A DNA stretch of 64,000 bases from Dimargaris cristalligena (lineage: Eukaryota), in the NCBI GenBank assembly GCA_003614675.1, contig ML002232.1, forward strand, positions 1-64,000. The letters are read 5' to 3'. A model generated the notes under the pieces. That model was given only the letters and a program-made list of their open reading frames with translations, searched no databases and was not told the origin of the DNA. A program made the position numbers and the translations under genes. Numbering within the stretch: the stretch's first letter is position 1; each line of letters begins with the position of its first letter. This document shows positions 1-11,940 of this stretch, piece by piece.

Positions 1-840
1 ATAAAATATAATAATAGAAAAAACAATATAGTAATGAAAATGGAGGAAAAATGACCATACTTGTCAGGGGCAGGGGCAGGGGCTCATTCACTCATCAGGG
101 GCATACTTCCGATAAGTGCAAAAAATGGATTTAAACTGAAAGTAAGTAAAAAATGTGGTAAGTTCACCACAATAGTGCCATATTAAACCCCCCATGGTCA
201 CCTCCAGTACTATGGGGATATCAAGTATCATATATAACCAACCTGGCTGGACTACCCAGAGTTTGCACTAATCACTCCACCATCAATCCAAGGTCTCCTC
301 CAGTTCCTATGGAAGCCTTCCCAATCCACAGACTACCCAGCCGGCTTACTTATTGATACTTTAGTTATATAGCCCTTTCCCTTGGGACCTCCCATTGGAG
401 TAGTCCCCCATGTATATATAACCAGGCCCCATTGGGACTGGTTAGAATCCTTAGCTTTATCTCATATCCCCTAGCTCACTTCCAATAAACACCCATATAT
501 GCTCACCCCCTTGTACTGACCAGTAAGTGTGTACTGCTGCATATCCCTTGCATAGGAACCCTGCTTGCTTTAATTAGTTAGTACTGTGCCCTCCCTAATG
601 CTAGTAGCCCACTTGGCCAAGCCTAAGCCCTGCCTACCATTAGAAACCTGCCCCCAGGACTCTTGACAGATTAAGAGTGGATAACCCAGGTGACAGACAT
701 AATTATAAAGCTAATCAATGGGCTGAGGAGACAATGCCATTTTTTTTTTAATGCTTAGGAGGGTTTATGATGTATAGAATGACTGGGGGGAAATAGACAA
801 CCAGTTACTAGGGGTATAGGCAAATAAGTGAAACAGGGGC
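1..840. other. CpG-depleted, degenerate segment (likely a mutated repeat or transposon relic, family not identifiable)
   Basis: By manual count only 2 CpG dinucleotides in 840 bp despite abundant C and G; rich in CA/TG/TA; no convincing ORF. Confidence 0.5.
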
Positions 841-1003
841 TTAGGGTGTATAATATTTTATTGGTCCCTGAATAATCCTGGATTAACCCGGCTGGGATAT
901 GAAGTGCTGAGGATGACGGAAACGTGATAAACCTAATAGTAATAATAATAATAATAGACACCTCCTAGGGTTTGGATGGTTGAGGGGCTTGAGCAAAGTA
1001 TCA

Positions 1004-1414
1004 TCAAGCCTCCATTCCACTCAATTCAAGCTGGTACATTTGGTTAGGGGACACCGACGATACACACGGGAATGTCTGAATAACATCCGTCCATGGTTCT
1101 ACTTCGGAGACTATGACAGCATTAAGCAGGACATGGAATTCCGAAATGACCATGGCCGGGGTATTGTTTTCTTGGAGATTACTCAAGAGACAGGCGCGGT
1201 TGTCCTGGCCCTCAGGTGTACCAAATGCGTGTTGCAGAACAATTATCAATTGTTTGTCCACCGGACTGGCCCACCAGGAACCGCCTTCTAGCTGGTGTTT
1301 CACCATTTCACCCGAATTGGCTGCGGGTGCACCCTGGCTGCTCGTCAGCAGGGTCATGGTGAACAAAAACGTGGCCAGAAGATAGGCGGTTGAGGTTCGA
1401 GCCAGGGCGAGCAT
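1004..1414 (-). CDS. Small secreted protein of unknown function (136 aa), possibly a 3'-truncated allele or pseudogene whose frame once extended to 755
   Basis: ATG start; hydrophobic signal peptide MLALARTSTAYLLATFLFTMTLLTSSQG|AP; TA-rich TATA-like tract at ~1489-1500 upstream; frame continues past TGA TGA and TAG into ORF 755..961. Confidence 0.6.
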   Translation of the reverse strand: MLALARTSTAYLLATFLFTMTLLTSSQGAPAANSGEMVKHQLEGGSWWASPVDKQLIIVLQHAFGTPEGQDNRACLLSNLQENNTPAMVISEFHVLLNAVIVSEVEPWTDVIQTFPCVSSVSPNQMYQLELSGMEA

Positions 1415-3240
1415 TTTACGTTTAGGTGATTAAAAATAGCAAGGCTGGTTTGAATTCAGAGGTTAGCAAAATTACTGGGCTATTTGCAATATATATATAT
1501 GAACGAGTGTTAATACGGGTAATTACAAATTAGGTAATTGTGAAAGAGTTCTGTGAACGTGGGTTAGGGTTCTTGGAGGACTTTATACTAAGTCGAGGTG
1601 GAATAGCTCTACTACAGGCAGCTATTGCTCTAGCTATAAACTGTCGATCCCCACCCACTAATTAGTCTATGACAGCCCACACATGTGGTGGAGTGGGTGA
1701 TCCAGTCGAGTATTCTCAAGACCCCTTTCAAAAAGAACAGCAACTGGGGCCAGGCATAGACTGACTAATACCCTTGCATAATTGTGTTTTAATGTAGATC
1801 TTCCTTTACTTTCATCCAAAAATGTAGGTTTTGCTTCAAACAATTTCTGTCCAGCTGACACCCTTTTTTAGAGTTCTAAGTGAGAGGGATCGGCATGTTT
1901 TCATTGGCAAATATATACACCCCGGCCTTAGAACCAGTGCTAGTTCCAATTGTGAGCCTCTTTTGGGGGGAATGTGAAGTCATCATGGTAATAGTGTTTT
2001 AAGATAGGTGGCCGTTTTCTTACACTATCCCACTTCAACGTAAATCCCGCACACCACGAACTCGCCGTAATTACTGTCTGGTACAAAAAGCACAAACTGA
2101 CCCATCCTTGATGGACTACTAAATCCCAGTGATTGTAATCCTATGAATAATGGCCACGTTCCGATTTACTAACCATGGATTAGTTTTCTAGACGGCTTAA
2201 GCGGTGTTTCGGGGAAGACCCACGTGTAGGGCAATATTTCAACCACAGGATGCCATTATTCGGGCTATCTGTTAATGAAACCACAACACTGGAACAGGCT
2301 CAGACGTTTTAGACAAAAATGAAATGGCCATGGTAGCGCTGATTTATAGTTGGCATCCTTAAATTTTCTACCCATGGAAAGCAGTGCATTGGCTGCGTAA
2401 TATTACCATTCAGATGGAGGCTTCGAATACCACCCTGGCACCAGATATGGCCTTGGCCAATTCGATCACCAACCTACGCTATGAGTCAGTTCCTGGTCTT
2501 GAACGGGCAGGGCCTTTCAACGCATACGGAAGTATATGGGAGAAGTTCACACAGGCTGTATAACCAAAAAGAAATACTCTGGATAAGGCAATTATTACGT
2601 AAAATCTTATACAGCCAGGCTAAATTACACCCAAATAATATGCACGTATGAGAAAATTGGATGGAAATTCATTTTCAGCCAGTACTATATGCCTCACCCT
2701 GAGGGATTTTCGTTATACAGCCAGGTTGAACCGCTCCCAAATCAACTAAATTCGACAGTGCCAGTCTATTCATTTAATGTAGCTCCCACGTAATTGTCCG
2801 ATGAGCGCGACTTCAACTCAAATACCAATGCGAGAATTGGAAAACAGGAAGTATAGATATATTGAATATAAAGTAGTTAGAGTTGGGCAAAGATGCGCTC
2901 TTTCACTTTTTTAAAAAAACAACCGGTAAAAAGACCAGCGAAGGGAGGGAGATGGGAGGGAATGCAGGTGTGGAAACACGACAATGTCAGTTAATAATTC
3001 GAAGAAGGGAATATGATTTGAAAGCGAATGATTTGATATTTAGGTTTATAAATAAATAAAATTGGAGACATGCCTGGGAGCGGGACTCCTCCAACCCAAA
3101 GAATCGTTTTTTGGTATCTTTATATCCCCCCAATTTCCACTTGCCTGCCCCTCTCTTTCCCTTCTCCCCACCCACCCCTCCCCGATTTTTTTCAGAGTCG
3201 AGATGGCGGGATTCCTGATCCGTTTCGGCGGACCACCTCT

Positions 3241-4896
3241 TTAAAGAAACTCCGTGGGCCGCTCCCCCTTTCCACCGGCGAGGTCGAACACCATGCCGGC
3301 GACCTTAAACGCGAGTTGATCACATTCGTGGCGGTTCCCGGCTTCGGCGTAGACCCGGACCACATCTTCAGTTCCTGAGGGCCGCACGAACGAGCGACCG
3401 GCCCGGTACTTGGCGACCAATTCGTTAATTTTCTCCTGCAGACCAGCGGGCTCGACCAGCTGGGTATCGGCGTTGGTGGTACGGAAGGCCGCCCGGTCGC
3501 CGACTACTACTTTCACCAGTCGGTTGGGGAGGTCCGTGTAGGCGTGGTCCCACTGGGACAGCGACCACTGGCGGTGGGTCAGGATAACTTCGACCAATAG
3601 AATGTCCGAAAACGCATCACCCACGGTCTGGTTGATCAGTTCGCTCAGGGCCTTCAGTTGGTCCAGGGCTTCGGCCTGGGCCGGGGAACGGGCGCGGGTT
3701 TCGGCCAGCGCCTGGGTGGCGGGATGGTTGAACAGTACGGTACCGTGGCCGTTGGCCTCGAAATAGACGCCAATGTCGTATTTCTCGGCTTCGTGGTGCA
3801 GATGCTTGACCCCCGTCTGGGCGCAGGTCACGGGGACCTGCAGCACGTCCTTGAGGTAATTGGTGGAGCTACCGTTGGCGTAGGCGGTCTGGACCACTCC
3901 GACGGTGATATTCTCCAGACCGGCGTTGCGGGTCAGATCCTTGATGAACATGGCGGCCAGTCCGGAAATCTTGTCGCCGTCCAGGAGTTTGAAAGTCCGA
4001 TCTTTTTCATCCATATAAAAATAGACCAGTCGATCGGCATCACCGTCCAGAGCGGCGTAGCGTTCCTTGGGGTGGCCCTCGATGTGGGCGGGGAAATTCT
4101 GCTGGGTCTTGACGAAGTCTGCGCCGCACTGGTGATTCAGCTGGCCGGGGGTCTCGGTGTCGGCATTCACCAGGCGCACCAACAGATGGTCCTCGCCGAT
4201 ATGGCGGGCCAGTTCACGGAGTTTGGGGGCGCCCACACCATTGGCGCAATCCACCACCAGGGGCGACAACCGCCGGTGACCCTGGACGAGTTTCTTATAA
4301 GCCGCGCCCAATTTTTCGTAGTAGCCCTCGACGGTAGGCTGCCCGTACGCGCCCTGGGTATTGATGCACCGCACGATATAGTGCAACTGCGGGGTAGTCA
4401 AAATCCCGTAATCCTGGAAGGTCACTTTGGTGGTTCCACCGCCCAATGCCTCCAGACATTCGGTCAGCGCCTGGATCAGGGCCGGGCCGGTGGGACGGGT
4501 ATCCCGACCGAACACGACATGGGCGGGTTTACCCACGTCAATGTGCTTCTCCTCGATGATCTTCTGCATCGCCCGGGTCAAGGCAGTTTCGTCGGCGGCG
4601 TTGGCCAGTTCCGTGGCATAAGGCTCCCACTGGGTGTCCAGCATCTCCCCGCGGGGGTCGACCAGCTTGACCCCATTGTCGGGTTCGGGGTTGTGCGAGG
4701 CCGTCAGCATGATACCGATGGTCCGGCCGTCCATCTTCTTACTGCGCAGCACGGCCAAGACACCCATGCGGAAAATGACGGAGTCTAACAGTTCACCCCG
4801 GAGACGGAACCCGGCCGTGCCGTAGGTGTAGGTGACATTGGCCGGCTTGGGGTGCTTGAACGAAGCCTGGATGAAGGCACTGAGGTCGAGAGGCAT
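3241..4896 (-). CDS. AGM1: Phosphoacetylglucosamine mutase (551 aa, intronless)
   Basis: Motifs YGTAGFR, phosphoserine loop TASHNPEPDNGVK, metal loop DGDADR, sugar loop YFEANGHGT, phosphate loop FVRPSGTEDVVRVYAEA. Start placed at ATG 4896 (MPLDLS). Confidence 0.97.
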   Translation of the reverse strand: MPLDLSAFIQASFKHPKPANVTYTYGTAGFRLRGELLDSVIFRMGVLAVLRSKKMDGRTIGIMLTASHNPEPDNGVKLVDPRGEMLDTQWEPYATELANAADETALTRAMQKIIEEKHIDVGKPAHVVFGRDTRPTGPALIQALTECLEALGGGTTKVTFQDYGILTTPQLHYIVRCINTQGAYGQPTVEGYYEKLGAAYKKLVQGHRRLSPLVVDCANGVGAPKLRELARHIGEDHLLVRLVNADTETPGQLNHQCGADFVKTQQNFPAHIEGHPKERYAALDGDADRLVYFYMDEKDRTFKLLDGDKISGLAAMFIKDLTRNAGLENITVGVVQTAYANGSSTNYLKDVLQVPVTCAQTGVKHLHHEAEKYDIGVYFEANGHGTVLFNHPATQALAETRARSPAQAEALDQLKALSELINQTVGDAFSDILLVEVILTHRQWSLSQWDHAYTDLPNRLVKVVVGDRAAFRTTNADTQLVEPAGLQEKINELVAKYRAGRSFVRPSGTEDVVRVYAEAGNRHECDQLAFKVAGMVFDLAGGKGERPTEFL

Positions 4897-6010
4897 GGTG
4901 GCTAGAAATAACAGAGTGGTGCTAGTGAATGAAGAGTGATAGAGATGAAGATAATGTGAAGGGAACAATGGAAACGCGGAAGGGGATGGGGTTTTAAGAG
5001 GAGTTGTTGAGAGATATTATAAGTAGGCTGGGAATACCAATGGAAGGTGGGGGAGTGGAAGGGTAGGGAGCTTAGTTAGATGTCTGAGGTAAGTCGGAGC
5101 GGGAAGCGGAGATGGGGGAGGGAGTGAGTGAGTGAGCGAGTGACTAAGTGGGAAAGTTACGCTGGGGAAAAGCGGGGGAGCACTGTGGGGGAATAATGAG
5201 AGGCAGAGAGGGAAGGGGGCAAGTTCCATTAAAATGGGGTGATTTTGGTATATATAATGCCGACTGAATTAGGCGGCCATTGTTCGAATTGAGAAGGGCG
5301 TGGTCGGTGTATGAGAGTGACGCAGTCGGAACTCTATATACCTCTCTCTCTGCCTATGCCTCAGAACTGAATAGTATACCCCATCATCTCCTCTATTAAT
5401 CTACTAATACGGCCCAAGTGGCCAGAGTGAGATCACACACACACACACGCGCTAACAGTTGACTATACATCATTCACTTTGCCCCGCAGCTGCAATCACC
5501 CAGTCTTCATCCCCTGTGGTCTGCAAACGCGCCATACCCGGCAGAATCTAGTCATCGGCCGAGTTCCCCAGTCAAGCAAACACCTACATAATTCGAAAGG
5601 TACCTCTTTGCTCTCGATTCGACCAAGTGCCGAACCCCGCTGCGTCGGCTTACTGAGAAGTACCTACATCAACAAGGACGCATTACCTCCACATGGAGGT
5701 GGACGCAGAGTTCAGGTCGCTGGCCAACACTACCGACTGATCCGCCCTGTTAGTATTTGATATCATCTTTCAAACAATCCACCATGCTAAAAAGGTTTAT
5801 TATAAAAAGTAACAGGCCGGGATAAAACCCATACCTATCCTCTCCCCCTACCCTGGCCCTACCCTTCTCATCCCGAAAGTATAATGGGAACCATAAAGGT
5901 GATATAATGAGGGTGAAAAAAGGTGGGGAAGAAGCCGAACAAGTTAATAGAAATAAAGTAAAATGAAACCAAGTCAGAGTCAGAGCCAGAGTCTATGAAA
6001 AAAATAATAC

Positions 6011-9000
6011 TCAGAACCCGTCAGTCAGCAACGACGAACCATCGGTAAAATGGGACATTGCCGCCCGGGCCCGGTTACGCACTTCAACGTTGGGGAATTC
6101 CCGCAAGGCCCGGAGTCGAGTTTCAACCCCTCGTTGCCGGAGGACTTGGATCCGTTCTTGAACGCTAAGCACCGGGCCGCCCAAAAGGGGGGAGGTTAAT
6201 AATGCCGATGTCGATGATGAAGCCGTCGTAATAGTAGTATCCGTGTCCATGGCCCGGGAACTCTGCCCAACTCCGCCGCTTAAGGGAGGTAGAGGTGGAC
6301 TATTCATTTCCCGGGGGTTACGCGTGGACTGCGTGGCTGATGATGATGATGGCGGCGTCGCTGACGACGACGTCGACAACGCTGCTGCTGCTTGCGTCGC
6401 ACCATCACCGGTGGCGGAGGCGGTCGGTTTAGCCGCTCCCCCATTTCCGCTCCCACCGGCTCCATCCTCCATATCCGTGGGTTCGACCAACGTCAAGTTA
6501 ATGATACACCACGCCGCGGCCACCACAATTTCGGGGTTCGTCATCTGCAGACAGTCCAAGATCGCCTGAGCCAGTCCGGGTTGCTGAATGATCCACGATT
6601 TATGCCGTTCCGCTCCGGTACAGAAATTCGCAATAAGGTACAACGTTTCCAGTAAGAGTTGCGGGTAGGCCGGATCGAGCGTAGTTCGAAGAATGTCCCG
6701 GAAGCGGGCGGGTCCTAATCCACGCAGGATACGGTCGTTACCCGGGGCCCGGAACGTCGCCAAGTTTCGCAGGAACCCCAGCGTATGGCGTTCGATATCG
6801 ACATGCTGGGATTGGATGAGGCTTGTGAGGCGGTCGTAGGTCAGGGTCCGCATGATCCGTTCGACCGTGGCCTGGTCCGCTTTATAGACAATATTTTTCA
6901 AGATCCAAATGGCCTTGATTTGGATGTCCCAGTTGGCACTGTCGGTCAATTTTACGAACCGTTCAATACCGCCCGCGTCCACGATGAGTTGCCGCATCGG
7001 CGAGAAATCCAAGGCCACGTTACAGAGGGAGTCCATGGCGCATAATTGGACCGCCAGGCAGGGGTCGTCCACCAGTTGGTAGAGCGGTTGGCCTACGTTG
7101 ACTTCCATGAGATGGGTGCGCAGTTGCTTGACCGACCGGGAGAGCGAGCGGATACATTGGCAGGCCGCCAAACGAATATTGGGGTGTGAGTGGCCGAGGG
7201 CCCGCACAATAGAGGGTAGGCCGCGGGTGCTGAGTTTCTCCCGGCACATTTCATTTTGCGAACAGAGCGCCGCAATGGCGACGAGCACGCCTTCCTTGAG
7301 CCGGTCCACGTCGGACATGGGGTCCATCACCTGTGGGGATGAAACTGCTACGGCAGTGGTAGTAGTAGTAGTACCATCATCTCCATGGGCCGTCCGATTG
7401 ACTGGCTCCGGGCTGGAGGAGGGTTGGTTGATTTTACTGAGGATATCGGTCAGTACGGCCATGGCCCCGGATTCGCAGCAGGCCTGTTGCATCGTTTCAT
7501 TGTCCGCCACCAGGTAAGCCAGCACAATAGGTATTTGCATAAACAGAGAATTGGCCGGCCCTAAATCACCGGCGGACCCCGCCGTTCCACCCCCACTCCC
7601 GCCGAGGTAATTAGACCCCCGGCCGGATCCGTGGTGGTTGTATCCGACGTACTCAATCGGGGTAACTAATTCCGACTCGTCCCACGCACTAGGGCCGCCC
7701 GATCCACCCCCAGCAAGGCTATTATTACTACTACCACTGCTACTATTAGAATTGCCGCCCGTGCCCGTGGGGCCCGGCTTATCCATGTACCGGGTCGCCC
7801 GACGGTCCCACAGGACCCCAATGACCCCTTCGGCGTTCCGCCGGAACCGGAATCCGCACATGAGCCGCACCAGCATCGGGGCCACCCGCTGGGCCATGAT
7901 GGATTCAAACTGGGGAATGGCCTGGGCGCGGTGCAGGAACGTCAAACACGTAATCGATAGGGTCTGTAGTGTTACGTCCCAGGAGCTGGTGAATTCGTAG
8001 ATGAGTTTAATGGCGGGCACAGCTTCGTATTCCGCGTCCATGTCAGCGGGAGGCGATGCCGAAGGGGAGGAAGACTGGGTGGTATGTGGTGGTGCTGGTC
8101 CGTCCTCAATGGGTCGGGGAGACGCGGAAGGTCGCGTCGAATCGGGTTTCGGTGGGCTACCATTGGGACTAACCAGTGCCGCCAGTTCGGCACTGGTTAG
8201 TTGGGGTCCGGGGGTCTGGTCCGCACCCACGGGAATAGTACGCACCAGGATACGGGCCATGGTGGGTTCATCCCGTACCAATGCTGCGAGGGCATCTAAG
8301 GCGGCCGCCTGGAAACACGACTTACCGAACGTCAACATCCTTAGCAGGAGTTGAATGGCCCGGGCCCGGAGGGACAGGGGGAAGTTATCGGTCGGAGTGG
8401 GGGAAAGGATCGAGGAGAGGGCATCACCACTGGTAGCAGAGGTGGAGGTAGACTTCTGCGAACCATTCGCACCCATGTCTGAGCCTGGGACCGAGGATTT
8501 CGTAGATAAGGTCGCCGACTTAGTGGGGGTGGAGGTCGGCGGCGGAGTCCGTTCGGATTCCTGGAAATCGTTGATTTCACAACTACGGGCCAGCACCACG
8601 GCGCATGATTCGGCAATGGCGAAGCGAATAGCCATGGGGGTGGCGGCGGGCCATAGGTCCGCATGGGGATTCAACATTTCCACGAGCAAGTACGTGGTGG
8701 GACGGTCCATTTGGGTGGGTGAGGCCGGTGGTACCGGTTCCTCGGTTCCCGCATCGTCCGTCCGGGTTTCTTCTATGCCATGCATGCTACAGGGGGACAG
8801 AGAGAGGGGACTACGCGGTTTAGCTTCGGCATCGGTTTTGATCGCGTCGCCGTCGTGATCCATATCGATCGGACCACTGCCCTCGGAGGGTGTCGCAAGG
8901 CCAGCGGCCGGGACCCGTGGGAGAAGGGGGGAAGGAACGACCGCCACATCCTTCTTGAACGAACTAGGCCGGGTGGGCGAGACAAACGGGGGCAGCGAAG

Positions 9001-9547
9001 TATTCGTCCGGTGTCGGGCCCACCGGAGTTGGTTCAGTGTGACCTTGAGAGTATTCAATGCGGTCGCAATCACCGTGGGCGGGAATTGGTCGGGGCGTAA
9101 AAAGTGACTGAGGGTACGGATAAGCTTATGACCCAGCACGGCCTGTAAACCCACCAGCGAACCCTGGGTCAGACTGGCCAGGACGACCAGGGCCTGGTTA
9201 ACCAGGGCCTGTTCGGTTGCGGTCAGACATGCTGCGGGCGTTAGAGTTGCCGCATGGGCCGGGGTGCGCAGGATGTGGTGGTGGTGGTGGCTCTCCTTGG
9301 GACTAGGAGCCCGAGCGGAGGTGTCAGCAGTAGTGGTAGCAGGCGGGACGCTGCTATAGTGGTTGATGACGGTAATGAGTCGGGGGACAATACCGAGATC
9401 AATATAGAGCTGCTTCTTGGTCGCATTGCCAATGACGTTGTTTTTGATAAAACGGGTGGTCCGGAGGAGGGTTTCGGGGTCCTGGGTTTCCAGCAGGGTC
9501 TGGGTGGCCTGGGTATGCTTGGCCAAATGCGCCTCGGTGTATATCAT
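6011..9547 (-). CDS. ARMC8: Armadillo repeat protein ARMC8/Gid5(Vid28)-like, GID/CTLH E3 ligase subunit (1178 aa, intronless, long low-complexity inserts)
   Basis: N-terminal IKNNVIGNATKKQLYIDLGIVPRL and internal RLAACQCIRSLSRSVKQLRT, CNVALDFSPMR, WILKN and AAAWCIINL match ARMC8 family signatures. Confidence 0.88.
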   Translation of the reverse strand: MIYTEAHLAKHTQATQTLLETQDPETLLRTTRFIKNNVIGNATKKQLYIDLGIVPRLITVINHYSSVPPATTTADTSARAPSPKESHHHHHILRTPAHAATLTPAACLTATEQALVNQALVVLASLTQGSLVGLQAVLGHKLIRTLSHFLRPDQFPPTVIATALNTLKVTLNQLRWARHRTNTSLPPFVSPTRPSSFKKDVAVVPSPLLPRVPAAGLATPSEGSGPIDMDHDGDAIKTDAEAKPRSPLSLSPCSMHGIEETRTDDAGTEEPVPPASPTQMDRPTTYLLVEMLNPHADLWPAATPMAIRFAIAESCAVVLARSCEINDFQESERTPPPTSTPTKSATLSTKSSVPGSDMGANGSQKSTSTSATSGDALSSILSPTPTDNFPLSLRARAIQLLLRMLTFGKSCFQAAALDALAALVRDEPTMARILVRTIPVGADQTPGPQLTSAELAALVSPNGSPPKPDSTRPSASPRPIEDGPAPPHTTQSSSPSASPPADMDAEYEAVPAIKLIYEFTSSWDVTLQTLSITCLTFLHRAQAIPQFESIMAQRVAPMLVRLMCGFRFRRNAEGVIGVLWDRRATRYMDKPGPTGTGGNSNSSSGSSNNSLAGGGSGGPSAWDESELVTPIEYVGYNHHGSGRGSNYLGGSGGGTAGSAGDLGPANSLFMQIPIVLAYLVADNETMQQACCESGAMAVLTDILSKINQPSSSPEPVNRTAHGDDGTTTTTTAVAVSSPQVMDPMSDVDRLKEGVLVAIAALCSQNEMCREKLSTRGLPSIVRALGHSHPNIRLAACQCIRSLSRSVKQLRTHLMEVNVGQPLYQLVDDPCLAVQLCAMDSLCNVALDFSPMRQLIVDAGGIERFVKLTDSANWDIQIKAIWILKNIVYKADQATVERIMRTLTYDRLTSLIQSQHVDIERHTLGFLRNLATFRAPGNDRILRGLGPARFRDILRTTLDPAYPQLLLETLYLIANFCTGAERHKSWIIQQPGLAQAILDCLQMTNPEIVVAAAWCIINLTLVEPTDMEDGAGGSGNGGAAKPTASATGDGATQAAAALSTSSSATPPSSSSATQSTRNPREMNSPPLPPLSGGVGQSSRAMDTDTTITTASSSTSALLTSPLLGGPVLSVQERIQVLRQRGVETRLRALREFPNVEVRNRARAAMSHFTDGSSLLTDGF

Positions 9548-10636
9548 GCAAGCGAATGTGTTAGCTTGTAAGGAGGGGGAATGCCTTATGAAAGGAAGGG
9601 GGGAGAGCGAAGAGGAGCTGTTCTATAAAAGTGGGAAGAAATGGAAGAGTGAAATATAAAAAATAGTTTAAAGAAATTACGGAGCTGAGGTATAGAACGG
9701 GTGGTGGAATTAGAGGGCAGAGGGGGTTTTCTAGACCTGGTAGGGAAGAAGAAGAGGCGAGGAGTATACAAGTGGGGGAGGGGGGAATTCACAGGAGAAG
9801 ATGCTCTCACAGCAACGAGCAACCCATGTGGAGTTGAAAATTAGTGGTGGATGAGGCGACAGTCGGCCAGCCAAAAGAGAGGAAGGGCACTGTAAAATAA
9901 GAGATACACGGGCACTACACACTACTCTACCCATGATAGTGTCGAGGCGGAAGAATAAACCAGTTGAACTGGAAGAACGTTATTTGGAAAGCCGGTGGGC
10001 CTCGACTACAGCAATACACCTGTAACAGAAAATAATATGATATTTAAGACCTTTTCAGAAGGAACGAACCCGGCTAAAGCATTTGATGAGGGATGTGTCG
10101 ATTCCAGCTATCAGTATAATATTCTGAACAGCGAGGCGCGGGCTATAATAACCAACTCAAAAGGTAAACAGGTGCATACTACTTGACTGAGCTCCACCTA
10201 AATAAGCTCTATTGTCCCCTGTTCCTCCTACGGTTTACATTAGCAAAATCATTCCTAGGGATGGTGTCCCTCCATAGCCAACCCCTAAGAATAGGGCCAG
10301 CTGGGTGCTTCTAGGCATAGTTTCTATTGTTAGTGTTCGGTGAATGAGCCATGCTTGGTATTAACTATAGGAAACCGTCCAATTGCCCCGCCGATATTAG
10401 TAGCGTGACGCGGTGGCCATTGATTATGAGGCCCCAACCTCCGGACCCGTGCAGCAAATCGAGGTCAAATGACCGACCAGACCACGACGGGTAGCAGGGG
10501 CGCGACCCAAGAATGGCAAGGGGGGGTCATCACAACCAACTGTCTATCATTACCGCAACCCTTCTTTTATAAGCCCAAGGCCAGACGTGCTGCTGCTACT
10601 CAACCTATCACGCCAAGAAAGGTAAGACTCGTTTAA

Positions 10637-10674
<38 letters not shown>
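10637..10674. repeat. Compound (CA)n(TA)n microsatellite
   Basis: Directly visible, in the 3' flank of BET1. Confidence 0.9.
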
Positions 10675-10675
<1 letters not shown>

Positions 10676-10735
10676 AATCTAAATCGCAATTCTTTTTATT
10701 GCCTTCAGTAGTGTCTTCACTACTACAGAACCAAT

Positions 10736-11940
10736 CTATGAACTCCACTTCAAATAAAGGTACAGAAATATGCAGACGGCAATTGCGAACCCGCATAGTA
10801 GCCACATGTGGGCCCCACTTTGAGTTTTGGCCATCCGATAAAACCGCTTCATGGTACCTGCGAGGGCATTGCCAGTATTTTCGAAATCCGAGTTCTATAA
10901 TCGGGCATGGTATAGGGAGGGGGGATAGAGGTTGGGCGGCATACCGGGATCAAATACACTGATTAATCACTGTAAGAAATGATAATACGGAGAGGGGGGA
11001 GAGTAATACATAATACATTGTAGCAACCTAGCGCCAATAGCACAGAGGTGTAAGAGGAACTCTCTAATCGCCTGAGAATGGGGATGTTGACGGAAAGGGA
11101 AGAGGGGTGGTCGTAAAACCCTACCTCCAGCCGATAGACAAGTAAGTGCCTTTGTAGCTTATAGTCGCCTTAGATACACGCTGACCGTTGCGTAATTAAC
11201 TGTATATTCACTAAATCAACTGCCCTACTTACCATCTGTGAGAGAAATGAGTTCTGGTCCCGGATCTCATGGCCAATATCTACCGTAATCTACCCGTCAA
11301 AATCATATACGGAGTCATATCAGAGAAAGTGAACCCCAATCAATAGGAGGTAAAGTCAGTGAGTTAGGTGGGCGTTGATTATAGCCGGGGTTAGGTCAAA
11401 ACGAACGGGAGGAAATCGGGGATGACTATGGATTTAGACTATTTATTAACCCTTCCACTCCTTGTGAAAACACGGCATTTTTTTAAAAAAAAGAACAGCG
11501 CAGTCCACTTACATCCTTGAGTCCCCGCAGTTTTTCCCGCAGTGTATCGACTTGTTTGTCATTTTTATCGAGGGTAGCTGGTTCACTCGTGCTAGCCTCG
11601 TCGAAATACCGCTTATCGCCGTAGACCGTTGAGCTGGTGTGGGCCCCTCCGGTGGCCCAGTCGGCCCGGCGTGAGCGGTGCGATTTATGGGAACTAACGC
11701 AGGTGGAGGATGGGAAGGAAGGTGGGGGGGATACGACGTCAGTCAAGCAGGAGTAAGTTAAGAGCCCCGCTGAGTATATAGAAGAGCTCTACTGGACGAA
11801 AGAGGAGCGGGGGCAGTAGCAAGCCTGAAGCTCGGGGATACTACTCCGGCAAGGAAGGGATCGGCCTGGGTTGACTTGATAGTCGCGGGCGCTAGAGGGA
11901 CCTGGCTGGAGTGGAAAACCTACCTTCCTGTCTGTTGCAT
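10736..11940 (-). CDS. BET1: Bet1-type Qc-SNARE (~137 aa); exons 11940-11924, 11693-11513, 11289-11233, 10894-10736
   Basis: GT-AG splicing gives MQQTGSSHK...KNDKQVDTLREKLRGLKD/ITVDIGHEIRDQNSFLSQM/NSDFENTGNALAGTMKRFYRM...WLLCGFAIAVCIFLYLYLKWSS*: a SNARE coil with zero-layer Q and a C-terminal tail anchor. Largely missed by the ORF track. Exon 1 is least certain. Confidence 0.88.

Noticed and set aside
1001..1006. Tandem in-frame TGA codons as possible selenocysteine readthrough
   Set aside because: A TAG follows in frame, no SECIS or redox motif is evident, and CpG decay explains it more simply.
3658..4788. 376-aa plus-strand ORF
   Set aside because: Antisense shadow of AGM1 arising from GC-rich codon bias; non-ATG start and no motifs.
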